64,000 nt of DNA from Microthyrium microscopicum. Lineage: Eukaryota. Both the position numbers and the translations under genes were made by a program. The stretch spans positions 882,538 to 946,537 of the forward strand of contig MU004235.1 of assembly GCA_010405405.1 (NCBI GenBank), read 5' to 3'. Under the pieces are notes generated by a model. It had not been told where the DNA came from. It did not search any database and saw only the letters and a program-made list of their open reading frames with translations. Positions 40,627-54,932 of the stretch are shown piece after piece; positions within the stretch are counted from its first letter, which is position 1, and each line of letters opens with the position of its first letter.

Positions 40627-40850
40627 TATAAGGAGCTAATAGGCACGATTAAGTGAATAGAAAGTAGCTAGTATTATAGGATCTAAGTACGGAGAGAAGA
40701 GATCTAGAAATATAGTTATAGATACAAAGAAGTAGGAGCCTAGGATATCCTTAGATACACTAATCCTAAATAGGATAAAGAGATCTTATCTATAGGATTA
40801 GATCTTAGCATCTAAATACTATAATACTAAACCTATAAGGATTCCTCATA
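40627..40850 (-). repeat. 5' LTR, Gypsy family A
   Basis: Direct repeat of 33139-33362; followed by TSD gtaga. Confidence 0.95.
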
Positions 40851-43800
40851 GTAGATGTAGTATTTAGTAGATATATCTAGCATTAGATTAATATATCTAG
40901 TATCTAATAAGTAAGGTTAATTATATTTTAGGTTTATTATAAGCTATTTATTAGTACTTAGTAGCTATTAGGTTCTATTTAAATTAATTTATATAAATAG
41001 TATAAGATAGTTTCTTCTAATAAAATACTTTCTTAAATTTCTAAGTCCTTTCTTATAAACCTAAATAGTACTTAAGGGTATATTCCTATAAACTTAAAAT
41101 TATTATTTTAAGGTATTTAAAGGGTACTCCTTTAAGGGTTAATAAGTAAAGCTAAAGTAATACTAATAGTTTTAAGTTTAGGTTTAAAATTAATTCTATA
41201 TCTAGTTCTAAATTTTCTTTAAGTCTTTTCTATTTAGACTATATTTATATATATATCTATAGGAACCTATTTGTTTTAAGGTATTATAATAGTACTATTT
41301 AGGTACTATTTAGTTTTATCTAAATAGGCTTATCTTAATTATAAGTAAAGTAAATCGTTATTATATATCTATATACGCTATAAAGTAACTATGCTTTTAT
41401 ACTTATTTTCTTTATAAAAAGAGGCTTATCTTAAGTCTTATTATAACTATTTTAGTCTACTTAGCCCTCTCTTAGCTAGTATAGGTTTAGTAAGTACTAA
41501 AGGCTTCTTTAGATATCTCTTTAGCTTCTTAGGCTCTAGATAAGGTTTATCTAAGTTAAGTTATTCTAATTTATATTTAGTTACTTCTATTAGAGCTAAT
41601 TTAGCTAAGGAGATACTCTTTTTCTTTAACTTCTCTTAGTAGCGCTTTAGTATAACTAAGGAGAAGTTACTAGTAAGTTTCTAGCTTACTTTAAACGTAA
41701 GGTAGTTCTTCTACTTTACTTTATAGTAATAGGTACTATCTTTATTAACCTTATATCTAATTACGCCTTTAACCTTATAGTAGTTAATTTCTTTAGGGTT
41801 TAAGGTTTTCTAAAGTAAGACTATTTACTATAAGAAGCATATATTAAGTATATATTATTATAATAAAGAGATATAGAAGACGTTATAAACTAGAGCGCTC
41901 TTAGGTAGGTTAATATAGTATATATTATAATTAATAACCTTTATTACTTTAAAAAAGCCTATATACTTAATATCTAGTTTCTTTTTAGACTTAGCTATTC
42001 TAATATTCTTTATATTAAATAGAACTTAGTTATTTACTTTTAAGGTAACGTCCTTATAGCCTTTATTATAGTATTTAGCTTATAAGGTTTAAATATTCTC
42101 TAAATAAGCCTAAAAGGCTTTTTAAAGGAATAGAATATATTCTACTAGTTTCTTTATATTAGGAGTAGTACCTATTAGGTACTCTTTAAGTACTTCTAGT
42201 ATATATAAGTATCTACCTATATATATTATAAATAAAGTAATACTAGTTAAGCTATATATACTATTATTATATATAAACTTAGTAAGATTAAGCTTTTTAG
42301 CCTAATTATCTTACTTCTAGCTATAGTAAATATATAGATAGTACTTAATTTCTTAGTTTTAACGCTCTATTTACTTATTTATCTAGAGTTAGAACGTAGT
42401 AGATAGCTTCTATTAGATTTCTAAATAGTAAAGAAATATATTCTAGAACTTAGAGATAAATATAGAGCTTCTATTAGATATAATTATATTTAGTATGCTA
42501 TAAAGTTATACTACCTTACGTAAGAAGAGCTTAATAAGATTATTTACGTTTATATCTTTATAATAAGGTACGTAATAAGCTATTTTAATTAGTTTATAGA
42601 TAACTACTATAATAGAGTTATATAGCTACCTTTAAAAGATACTTAAAAATAAGTTAATAATAAAATTAACTATAATATCTTCCTAGGAGACTATTAGTAC
42701 TAGTAGGGATAAAAGGAGCCTATTTTAGCCTTATTTAATAGACGTATTTTATTTATACTCTAAATAGACTACGTAGTACTCTTAGATATCCTTATTAATA
42801 TTATTCTAAGTATAATAGCGTTAAATTTTTTCTAACGTCTTATGTTAGCCTTTATAGCCTTTTTCTAAAGAGTTATTATAGAAACATTAAAGAACTTAGA
42901 CTTTATTATTCTTTATAGTAACCTTTATTTATAAATAGGTCTATTTATCTTTTATTAGCTTAATAAGGAAGCTATTAGATACGTTTAACGTAGTAATAAT
43001 GTTTACTTCCTAAGAATTATTTCTTAAGTACTATAATAAGGTACTAATAGATATAACTAAGGCGTTAATAAACCTAACTAAGTCTTTATTAGGCTTAGGG
43101 GCCTTAAATAGTTATAGTTTATCTTAAATAAGGTTTAATAAAGCATTTATAATTCTTTTCTATTTTGTATTGCTTAAGAAGATATAGTCTAGTCTTTATA
43201 AGAGTCTATCTATAAGGTTTATCTTCCTTAGATAGTACTTAACGTTAAACTTAAACTTAGTAAGAAAATCTACCTATTTTATATATATAGTAAAAATATT
43301 TTAGAACGTATTAAGTAAATAGAGGTTTATATAATTTATTAGGACTAAGAACTTTAGAATACTATATAGGTACTTATAAAAGATCTTTATAGAGTTAATA
43401 ATAGCTAGGAACTTTTACTATAGGGTCCTATAGTAACTCTTAGGTCCTAATAGCTTTCTTAAGTAGAACGCTATAGGTTACTATTAGCTCTCTTAGCCTA
43501 GCTTAGTTTACTTCTAACTTAAAATGCTATAAATTACTTACCTAAAGGCGTCTATCTTTAGATAAGTCTCTAATATAAGATTATAGTAAGTAAGGATTAA
43601 TATACGTATAAAAGTAGCTTTTAGGTTATTAAAGAATTAAATAGCTTTAAGAGGAAGGTTAATAGAAACTAATTCCTTATTACGTAGCTATTAGCTTTTT
43701 AGGGCCTACCCTAGAAGCTTCTTAATTAAAGAATTTAATAAGGAAGTAATATAAGAGAAGTTAGTAATAAAACGTTAATAGTAGTTTATAAAGCTAATAA

Positions 43801-46534
43801 ACTTTCTTACTTAGTATATATTTTATAGTATTAGCTAATCTATAACTATTATAATCTATTCTAGTTCTATTATAGTACTATTTAAAGTTATAATATACCT
43901 AAGGTACTTAGTTTAGTCTATATAGAAGCTATACTTTAATAGCTTAGCGTATAACTTAAACTTAATAAGTCTTTTAAGTATCTTCTTTATATATTTAATA
44001 TAATCTTCTTTATTCTTAAAGAAGATAAGAATATTATTAAGGTAGATAATATAAGTTACGTTAATAAGGCTATATAGAGCTTAGTTAATATATACTTAGA
44101 AAGTAGTAAAAGCGTTAATAAGTCTAAAGAGCATTACTTAGTACTTAAAAGACCTATATTTAGTTTAGAATACTATCTTTTACTTATTACTAGTATAAAT
44201 ATAAATATAATAGTATACTTTATAAAGGTCTAGGCTTATAAAGAGCTTAGCTCTTAATAGTTAGTCTAATAACTTTTTAATTAGTAGTAAAGTATAATAG
44301 TCCTTAACTATAATATTATTTAAGCCTCTATAGTTTATATATAGACGTAAGGTACTATCCTTCTTCTTTATAAAGATAATTAAGGCTTTAGTAAGAGACT
44401 AAGATTTATAAATAAATCTCCTCTTAAGATTTCTCTTAAGGTATTTGCATAGAATGACTAGTTTTACTTTTAATAGGCTATAAATAAGCTAATAAAGTAT
44501 ACTTATACCTAGCTTAAGGTTAATAGCTAGGTTCTATAAACTATATTTTACTAAATCCTATACTTTATCTTTACTAAAAGCTTTTATAAGCTCTTTATAG
44601 TAATATAGTAAGTCTTATAGGCTAATATAGTCTAATAAACCTACTAGATACTTAAAGAGCTAAGTAGATTTATCTTAACTTAATTAGAGTAACTCTTCTA
44701 AGAAGATAAAGCTAATTTTACTATAATAGTTATTTTTTAGATAAATAAAAGATAAAGTCTTAGCCTTAAAGTCTAGTAAAGAGTTCTAGTTCTTAAGCTA
44801 GGGTATCTTTATAATAATTATATAGTATAGTAAGTTTATAATATAAAATAATACTTTATTAGTCTTTAAGATTTTATTAAAGTTAATTACTATAACTTTA
44901 GTAGTTACTACCTTATAGATAGCTATAGGCATACTATTTAGGTACTTAGCTAACTTTTTTAGAAGATAATATATCTTTAATTAAAGCTTCTTAGCTAAGG
45001 CGTAGTCTATAATATTAAAATAGGCTCTACTATCTATTATTATACTCTATAATGTATAATCTTAGTTTACTTAATTCTAAGTAGTCCCTTATAGGATAAT
45101 TTAGTATAATTTCTTTAATTAGTATACCTTCTTATCTAGAATCCTTTTATTTTTTACTACTTCTAGAACTTAAGTAATAATAACCTTATAGAAGTTACTA
45201 AGAAGGTTAAGGACTAGATTATTCGTAATAGAAGTTATAAGATCCTAGTTAGCTACTTTATAGCTTAGTCTTTTTCTTTAATTCTTTTTAGCTTTAGGTT
45301 AGGGTAGTTATAGGCTATATAGCCTACTTTAGTATAGTTCTAGCACTTGCCTTTACTAGGGTTACTAAGGAATAGCTATTTAACTTTAGGCATTATATTA
45401 CTCTTTAGTTTATTTAGCTTTAAAGCCTTATTAGAAAGGCTTAGTCTAGACTTTTTTAACTTATTTCTCTAGTAATCTTATTAAGTCTTATCCTCTAGAT
45501 TTATAGATATTAAACGCTATTTAGAGAATTTACTATCCTTAGTATCTTTCTTAAGAGTAGTTAGTATCTTCTAGTTACTAATAGATCTTAAGTACTTTAA
45601 AATATATTAAGATAAGACTTCTTTAGCTATCTTAACTATATAGTCTAAGTTAAAGATTATATTATTTCTAAGGCGAGTAGATAGTTTATTACTAAAGAAT
45701 AATAAGTAAATTAATATATTATTAATTTTATACTTATAAAAGAAAGGCATAAGCTTATTAAAGTATTCTTAGGAAGTCTTTTCCTCTATTATAGTAGTTA
45801 AGAGGCTCTAAAAGGCTTTATAACGCCTCTTAATAAGTAAACTAAGGAGTTTAAAGGCCTACTATTCTATAAAGGCCTATATAGATTTATATTAGTCTAG
45901 TTTAGCTAGCTAGGTTTAAAAATTAACGTAATTATCCTAGGTTAGTTATATAACCTCTTTATTAAGATAATTATAGGCTTAAAGAATTACTAGGTATAGG
46001 TCCTCTTTATATTTCTTTATAGTAAGTATATTAGTTATATTAAAGACTTAATCCTTATACTCTTATAGACTTTTAGCTTTATATATTTATAGTTTATTAC
46101 TATTATAAGCTAATTTAGAGCTATTATATTTAATATAGGCTAAAATAGCTAGGCTAGCGTTATATTAACCTTATTTATTAATCTATTTAACTAAGTAGAG
46201 TTCTCTATATTTATAGGCTACTTTTATTGCTTTAAGTTATTTAATTTTAAGCATATTATATATTTACTATATTTTAGCTTATAGTTATTTTAGCGTCTCT
46301 TTTATATTTACTACTAGTTCTAAATAGGCTTATTCTATATTAATAGAGTTGTCTATAGAGCTACTTAGTCCTACTAGGGTTAGTATAGCTATATCTAGTA
46401 TAACTAAATTTAGTCTAGCTAGTTTTACTCTAGGGGCCTTATTCTTAGGTTTTATTAGTTTATTACTTATAACTAATTGTAGTATTTTAAAGGAAAAGCT
46501 TTATAGGTACTTTATTAGTAAGAAGTAATTATAA

Positions 46535-46894
46535 TATTAGAGATTAGGATTATAGAGTAAATAAGAAGGTTATAAGATACTTAATAAATTAAGTATATAG
46601 AAATAGGAATAAGAGTAATTACTAAGAAACTATAAAGGGATTCCTTAGCCTTTATCTTATTACCTAGGAACTTCTAAGGTTCTTTTCTAAGCTAGAATAG
46701 TCTATTTATAAGCTAAGGTACTTTAGAGGTACGCTTAGCTACTAATTATAATAATTAGGAACCTATTAGTTCTCTTAACTATAGAATATATTAAAGCTAA
46801 AGAAGTAGCTCTACTAGCTTCTAATAGCTATTAGGCTAAGGTACTTAGGCCATAATGCCTATCTTAGAGAGTCTATTAGGTTTAATTCCTAATA
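46535..46894 (-). repeat. 5' LTR, Gypsy family C
   Basis: Direct repeat of 30442-30801; followed by TSD ctact. Confidence 0.95.
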
Positions 46895-47522
46895 CTACTA
46901 GTAGTAGAGGGCTACTAGTAGGAATTTTAACGTTTAAGGTTACTATAGTATCTACTACTAGCACTTTACTACTAGTAGCTATAGTGGCCTAAATATCTAC
47001 TAGCGTAAAGCTAAAATATAGATTATTACTATTAAAGTGCCCTAAATTATTAGAATTATTCTTATCTCTACTACTATGCTTACTCCTAGAATAAGTATTC
47101 TTATTAAACTATTTACTAGTAGTAAAGCTAAAGATATCTATTAGAATCTTATCTAGAGGCTATAAATTAAAAGCTTCGTAAAGGGCTATAAGTCTAATAA
47201 TCTTACTCTAATAGCGTAGTACTAAAAGTTAAATTACTATATATTTCTTACTTATTCTAAGGATATAATAATGCCCTTAAACCTTTAAAGAGGGACATAA
47301 CTCTTTATAGTAGCTATATTTATTAAAAAGAGTAGCATAAGTATTAGTATAATTATAAGTTTAATTCTCTTTAATAATAGTATTAATTAGAGTAGTATCT
47401 ATATCCTTCTATTATTCCTAAAGTTCTTCTACTATTACTAATAATTTAGGGCCTTCTTTAGCTTTATTTACTAACTATAATATCTCTTACTCTAGCATTA
47501 CTTATTTAATTATTTTAGAAAA

Positions 47523-47724
47523 TGTTAGGGACTTATAGGCGCAAGAGTATAAGCTAATAGTAGATATAATTTAAGAAAACTAATACGAAGAATCTAAGAG
47601 AGAGGGTAGGGAATAGTTATAGGTAAGCTATACTAGATAATCCTTAGGCGCTAAGCCCTTAGCATTATATAATAGAGGATACTAATAATATTATAATAGA
47701 ATTAATAGTAGTAGATTTATAATA
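47523..47724 (-). repeat. 3' LTR, Gypsy family D
   Basis: Direct repeat of 54731-54932; begins tgtt. Confidence 0.94.
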
Positions 47725-50700
47725 ATACTCTCTTCTCTAAGATTAGTGCTCCTAAGCTAAAAACTTATAAAAGGATAAGATTTATAATTAAGTTATACGG
47801 TCTTATAATTCTAATGCTTTTAGGGTATAAAATATAAAATATAAAAAGTAAAGATAATATTCTTCCTTTATATATAACTACTATATGTACTTATTCCTTA
47901 TGCTACCCTTTAGCTTGCTAAAGCAATTATTAAGAGGTATTAATAAACCTTAAAATATCTTTAGAATACTCTAGTTTATAAACTAAGTATTAAGGTACGC
48001 ATAGTAGTATTCTTTACTATTTTAGGAAAAGTTTATCTAAATTATACTCCTTCTTTTTTTTCTTTTAAGGGTCTATAAACGTAGGATATAGCCCTAGTTT
48101 ATTAGGGTTCTAGTTATAGTACTTAGTAATAAGCTTTAGATAGAAGTTAAGATTTAACTATAGTTACTAATTAAGATTATAGTTTTAGTCGTCCTATCTT
48201 ATAAACTAGACTTTATACTATAAAACCTTCTTCTTACTAAAGCCTTTTATAATACCTATCTTACTATTAATAACGTAGTTAACTACCTATTTTTACTCTA
48301 TATTATTATCTATATTTATAATTATAAAGAAGTTATCTAATTTTTAAAGTATAGTAGTATATTTAAGAATAAAGTAGAGTAGCTAAGTATAGAAGATAAG
48401 GTAAATCTTTATCTTCTTTAGTAGTTCTAGCTTATAAGTAAGAATATTAATCTTCTTAATAATCTTAAAGAGTTCTATAGATTTATTATTAAGGAATTTT
48501 AATAGTTAGAAAGATTTATAATAATAAGCATTAAGGCGTACTTAATTACCTAGTTTAAGGTCTAGTACTAGTTAATAAGTCTTATTAGCCTATTCTTTTA
48601 TAAAAGTAGTAGACTATAAGATTTATTCTTAGAGATACTTATAAAGGTTAGTATAGGTATAGAAATATTAGTTAGTAAGTTGCTATTTAGTTTAGGTTAG
48701 CTTAGTTCTTAAGTAGGCTTTTAGAGGTATTAGTTCTAATCCTAATTAAGGAAAATAACTATTAAGTACGTAGAAGGGACTTATCTTAGTAGAGGCGTAG
48801 ATAGCGTAGTTAGCTTTAAACTTAGTAAATAGTAGTAGTTCTACCTAGTTATTCTATTACTAGTTAATAAAGTATCTAAGGTAAGCTTTTAGTACTATAA
48901 CTAATATTTCTATAATGCTATTACTTTATAGGTACTAAGTAGTAGTTAGGTAGATAATAATACTAATACGTTTATAGAGGCGTTACTAAAATATAGACGT
49001 AAATTATAAATTATAGTTAGAGAGAATAAAGTTAAGCTATCTAGTATATTTCTAGATTTAGTTAAGAAATATAAGAACTATTATCTATACGCTTAAGTTA
49101 GGAAGGGGTATAAATTATTAGGTACGTATTAGCTTATCTATAATAACTATAATATAATAGTAAATAGTTCTAAGGTAAATATAAAGTAGTAAAGTAACTA
49201 TAAAGTTAATAGAGATATTAGACTAGGCGTAGTTAGATAGTAGGAATAACTAGAAAAGACCTTACTTCTTTTATTTAACTAGCTTAGAAAATGCATACTT
49301 ATATATTTTTATATAGTACTTTATATCTTTAGCTATATAAAGCTAATAGTAGAATTAATAAAGGCGCTAGTATATAGAAGCTATACTATTATAACCTATT
49401 ACCTTATAATTATATATATATTTAATAGCGTAGTATTAGAAACGTTCTATAGAGATAAGGAGTTATTATTTATACTAAATAGTATTATTAGTAAGTACTT
49501 AATAATTACTAAGTTTAATTAAGTCTTTTTCTAAGGTACTATATAGTAGGTAATATAACTATATAGCTTTAGAGTTGTAGATTACTTAGATAAGCTTATT
49601 TAATTAGCTAGCCTTAATAATATCTTTTTATAATATCTTTAGGTTAGTTAGCATACTATCTATCCTAGGGTAATTAATTAGCTTACCTAAGATTAGAGTA
49701 GAACTCTCTATAATTAGTTAATTAATTAGCTTACCTTCTATAGTTAGTACGTTAACTTTATTAGTAATAATTATAGCAAGTTTAATTATTATAAGTTATT
49801 TACTATTAATAAGAAGGATAGTAATTTTAATAGTATATTAAGTATTATAAGAGTAAGAAATCTTATAGTAGATATTAAAGTTATAAAGAGAAAGAATTAA
49901 TTATATTTATTAGGCAATCTATAGATTATTATTAAATTTTAGAAAATCTTATAATCTTTAAGTTAGTATATCTACTTTTACGTTAAAGGAATTATTATAA
50001 TATTTAATCTTAAACTAGAATTAGAAGAGGAACTCTACTTATTAAGCTTAATAGTGAAATAGCTTTTTAGTTAATATAAAAGTACGTAAGTTAAGGTAAT
50101 TAGTAAAAACTTATATAGAGTTAAAAATTAAAAATAATTTAGGTTTCTATTCCTTAAATACCTATATAATTATAAGTAGCTCTTTATTATAAATATTATA
50201 ATTATACTTTACTAAGGTTATCTTTTTAGAAAGGAAAGCTACTAGATAAAGCTTACTATTTATACCTTTCTAAGAAAGAATAGCTACTACTACCTAGTCT
50301 AAAGTATTAATTTTAACTTAAGTCTTAGTATTAGGATTAAAGTAATAAAGAATTAAAGTAGTAGTAAAGGCCTTCTTTAAGGCATTAAAAGCTTATTCTT
50401 TAGGTCTAGTCTTACTCTATAGGAAGTATAAGGAAGTATTCTTTTTAGTTAGCGTAATAAGTAGTATAATAATTTTTAAGTATTCTTTAATAAAATAATA
50501 ATAGAAGTTTATAAAGCTAAGAAATATTTAGATATCCTTTAGAGAAGTAGAGTAGTACTAGTTAAGTATAGCATTAACCTTCTTCTTATCTATTTAAATC
50601 CTATTAAGTATAATAATAATACTAAGATATTTAACTAATTAAGTTATAAACTTAGATTTAGAAATATCTAGGTAGAGTCTAGCTTTTTTAAGCTTATTAA

Positions 50701-53700
50701 GAATTAAGTAGATATAAGTAATATACTTCTCTTTAATCTTACTCTAAATAAGGACGTTATTAAGGTAGACTATAATAAAGTTATTAAGGTATTTACGTAC
50801 TATGCTATTAATATAAGATTAAAAGCTTCCTAATAATTTTATTATACTAAATAGTATTACTAAGGTTTTAAAGAGTTTATAGCGTATTAAGAATATAGTC
50901 TTATACTTATTTTTTTTATAAATTTAGATATTATTAAAAATAGTAATAATATTAAATTATAAAAAGAATTTTACCTTATAGATCTTTATTAAAGTTTCTA
51001 TTAAGAGTAAGGGTATATTTTAGTTAGTTAGTATAATCTTATTAAGTCTATAGTAATTAACGTAGATATAAATACTATTACCTAGTTTACTAATATATAA
51101 TATAAGTATAGCGTAATAGGAGGTACTTAGTTAAATAAAGCTTTTTCTAAATATATTCTTAATATATTTCTTAATAACTTATACTTATTAGTAAAATATA
51201 CTATAAGATTTACGTATAAGTACTTTTATATTTAGGTTAGTAGTAATAGTATAGTTAAAGCCTAGTTAGTATAGTAGTAGCTTATTAACTTAGTAAAGAT
51301 TAAATAAGAGAATATAGTAATAGAACTCTAATAGTATTAACTTTAGTAATTCTTTTTATATTAATAAATTATAGTTAAGCTTCTTATGCTATTTAGTATA
51401 GTTTTTAGTAAAGATTATAATAATGCTAATAACGTTTCACTAAGGGATAGGGTTAGGGTCTTCTTTCTCTTCTAAGGTATTAAAGTCTTCTTAGTAGAGA
51501 GCTATAAAGTAGTAATCTTTGTGTTATATTATAGCTATAAAGACTTATAGTAATACTATATAGATATTAGGAGTTCCTTTTTATTATTTATTTATAACTA
51601 CTTAACCCTTATAGTTAATACTAGTAGTTATTAGGTAATAAGAAGCTATATAGTATTTTATATAATGCTTAGAGTAGAAGCCTAATATATATTAGCTTCC
51701 TTAGAGTATAACTTTATACTTATTTACCTATAGGTTGCTAAGGATTATATTATAGTTAGTAATTTCTATTATAAAGCAAAGAATCTATTTAAGGTAGATA
51801 CTAATATATAATATAATAGCTACTATATAGGTTATCTTTATAATAGCGTAGTTATTAGCTATTTTAACGTAATAGAGTTAGGTTATCTCTACTAATAAAA
51901 TATTATAAATTTAGAGGTAATAAGGGTTAATAATACTAAAGATACTACTACTTATATTAATTAGAACTTTTGTTTTAGCGTATACGTTATTATTAATAAG
52001 AATATTACTAGCGATACTCTATTATTAGCCTATTTTTAAAATAGAATATTTTAGTAATTAGTTAATAGGGATATAGGCTATTAATATATATATAATGGCT
52101 ATGCCTATAAAGTTACTTTTAGTTTTAGAGTTACTTAGGTAGTTAATAATAGCCTCTATCTAACGTTTTTATTATTTATTATATGCTTCTATTTTATTTA
52201 GCTTCTTTATATAGCGTTACGAAGAAGCGTCTAGTTTCCTTAGTCTTAGTAATAATAATTACTATATATTAATAAGTAATTATTTAGTAGAGTTAGGTTT
52301 TATACTTAAGTATTATTTTATTACGAATAAATACTAGTAAGTTTAGTAGTAATATTAGAATTAGAAAGGGCTAGCTTATCTTTATACTTTAAATTCTTAT
52401 CTTTATAGTTATAACCTCGTTCATTATATTAGGTATAGTAGTAGTCTTATATAAGATATTAATATAGAGTAGTCTTATAACGTAGTATATAATTAATTTA
52501 GTTATTAGTTTAGTTACTATTATTATTATTCTAATTACTAAATAGCTTATTATTATTATTAGTCTTACGTTTAAGGTTTTAGTTAATAACTTATAATTTA
52601 TTAATATACTTAGTAATAGTAGTAGCTTTTAAAAGAAATAGATACTATATAATTTCTTTAATAATTATATATTTAAAGTAAGTAATCTTATTTACTTTTA
52701 TAAGGCTAGCATTAGTAATTTTGCTATTAAACTTAGTAATATATAAAGTAAGCTTCTTAGTCTTCTTTATTTAGTTTAAGGAATTTTATAACTAGGTAAT
52801 AGCATCTTTATAAGTATTATATTTTTAGGTATATTAATCTAGATCTTTTTAAAACTCTATTATATTAGAGTATAAGTTTAGTAATTTATATTAAGTATAG
52901 TCTTTAATAAACCTAAGGATAATATTAAGAGTCTTATTACGTACCTAAATAGTAGCGTCTAGTTTTATAGGGAATAAGGCTTACTTATTATAAAGATAGT
53001 CTTTAACGTAGAGCTTCTATATAAGGTATTACTTAGAATTATAACTAGAGTATTTACTTAGATTACTCTATTTATATTTTTTGCTTTTACTACTAGCTAA
53101 GGATCTAGATACTACTAGAGTTAGGCTATTAGTTTAAATATAAGGGATTTATTAATAAAGAGGAGGTATTACTTATTCGTTATTAGAGTTAAGTTAGTAG
53201 ATATTCTCTTTAGACTTATATATAAATTAACTAAGCTAGTTCTTAAGATCTTTATTCTAAAGGTAAAAAGCTATAATCTTATTATGCTTCTTAATATAGA
53301 AAGTACGTAGTTATTTAATATTATTAAGTGCTTTATTAAGTTCTTATTAATTTGTATTATAAGTATTCTCTAGATAGAGGACGCGTTTATTATTCTTACG
53401 ATTAGCTTTAATTACGCAGTTAAGTTATTAATAAAGTTAATTTGCTTTCTTATATTATTTATTAGCTATAGCTATAGTATTATTAAGTTTTTTAGTTATA
53501 TCTTTAATCTCCTATTTATAGTATTAACTTACGTTTATTATATTATTTAGCTAGGCGTAGGTTTCTTAAGTATAGAGATTAGCTACTTATATTAATTTAA
53601 TATAGCTATATAGCTATTTAAACTAAAGTTCTAGTAATATTATAATACTATAAAGGAAACCTTTATAAATCTTAATAACTTCTAAGTATAAATTGCTCTA

Positions 53701-54730
53701 AGTATAATATATAAGTATAGGGTCTAGAGAAACGCTCTTAATAATACTATTTAGAGGAATAGTTTCTTAAGCTTAGAAGGTAACTTCTTTATAAAGGAGT
53801 TATATAGAGGATACTTAAGTCTCTTTATTAGGAGTAATTAACTAGTAGGTAATAAAATAAGAGAATATTTAGTAGTTTAATAGTAACTCTTTAATCTAGG
53901 CTTAGTTTACTAGTTAAAGAGTAGTAATTAGAAGATCTATAGAAGATGTCTTTTCTTTACCTTTAGTTTAGAATTATAACTAGTTATAAATATAGCTACT
54001 CTTAGTAATTTCTAGGATATTAAATAGTAAAGGTACTTTAATAATAAAATTACAATAAGAGTATAAAGAATTATAGCGTAAAAAGTAACTATAAAGTAGT
54101 TTTATAGTAGCGTTTTCTTTGTTACTATTAATCTAGATATAAGGTTATATAATTATAAACTAAGTAGTATTCTAAGTCTCTAATTATTATTACTTATAAA
54201 GATAGAATATAGAGTAAGTCTTATAAGCCTTAATAGTATCTTCTATAGTAAGATAAGGGTTTAATACTAAGTAAGTATAAGTAATAGGTATAAGCGCTAA
54301 GAAGTTTTAAGATAAAGTATAGATAGGTTATAAAGGTATAATAAGTAATTTAAAGAAAAGAGTAGGTAGTCTAATTTGTTATAGTTTATCTTTAAGGCTT
54401 ATTATAGTATAGCAAGATAAGTAAAGTCTTATTATAGGTATAGTAGTAGAGAGAAGTAGTAGTAGTAAAAGATTATTAACTTATAAGTCTAGTAGAGTAG
54501 AAGTTCTAAGTTAATTAAGGTCCTTTAATCCCTTTAATTAAACACTAGGAGTCTAAGCTTCTAATAAGATTAAGGATTAGGAATTTATATATTTACTACG
54601 CTAGTAGGTTAAATCTACTAAGATCTAAAAATAGGATTCTATATTTATATAAGTAGACATATTAAATCTTTAGATTTTAATATACTAAAAATTAGAATTA
54701 TTTTTTAAATAGTATAAGGTATTAGTTTTA

Positions 54731-54932
54731 TATTAGGAACCTATAGGCGCAAGAGTATAAGCTAATAGTAGATATAATTTAAGAAAACTAATATAAAGAA
54801 TCTAAGAGAGAGAGTAGGGAATAGTTATAGGTAAGCTACGCTAAATAATCCTTAGGCGCTAAGCCCTTAGCATTACGTAATAGGGGATGCCAATAATGTT
54901 ACAATAGGATTAATAGTAGTAGATTTATAATA
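54731..54932 (-). repeat. 5' LTR, Gypsy family D
   Basis: Direct repeat of 47523-47724. Confidence 0.94.

Larger units (their letters stand above)
33139..40850 (-). mobile_element. Full-length Ty3/Gypsy LTR retrotransposon, family A (7712 bp), nested in family C, RIP-inactivated
   Basis: 224-bp LTRs at 33139-33362 and 40627-40850; perfect TSD gtaga (33134-33138 and 40851-40855); pol region is the reverse complement of 1-3630. Confidence 0.96.
30442..46894 (-). mobile_element. Full-length Ty3/Gypsy LTR retrotransposon, family C (about 8.7 kb without the nested A copy), RIP-inactivated
   Basis: 360-bp LTRs at 30442-30801 and 46535-46894; perfect 5-bp TSD ctact (30437-30441 and 46895-46899); minus-strand gag, protease, RT (IYL[DD]ILIF near 44020-44050), RNase H and integrase. 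Confidence 0.95.
47523..54932 (-). mobile_element. Full-length Ty3/Gypsy LTR retrotransposon, family D (7410 bp), RIP-inactivated
   Basis: 202-bp LTRs at 47523-47724 and 54731-54932; TSD gaaaa/gaaga (one G>A difference); PPT at about 47727-47738; minus-strand RT VYL[DD]VLI near 50745-50770, then RNase H, integrase and a chromodomain-like end. Confidence 0.94.
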
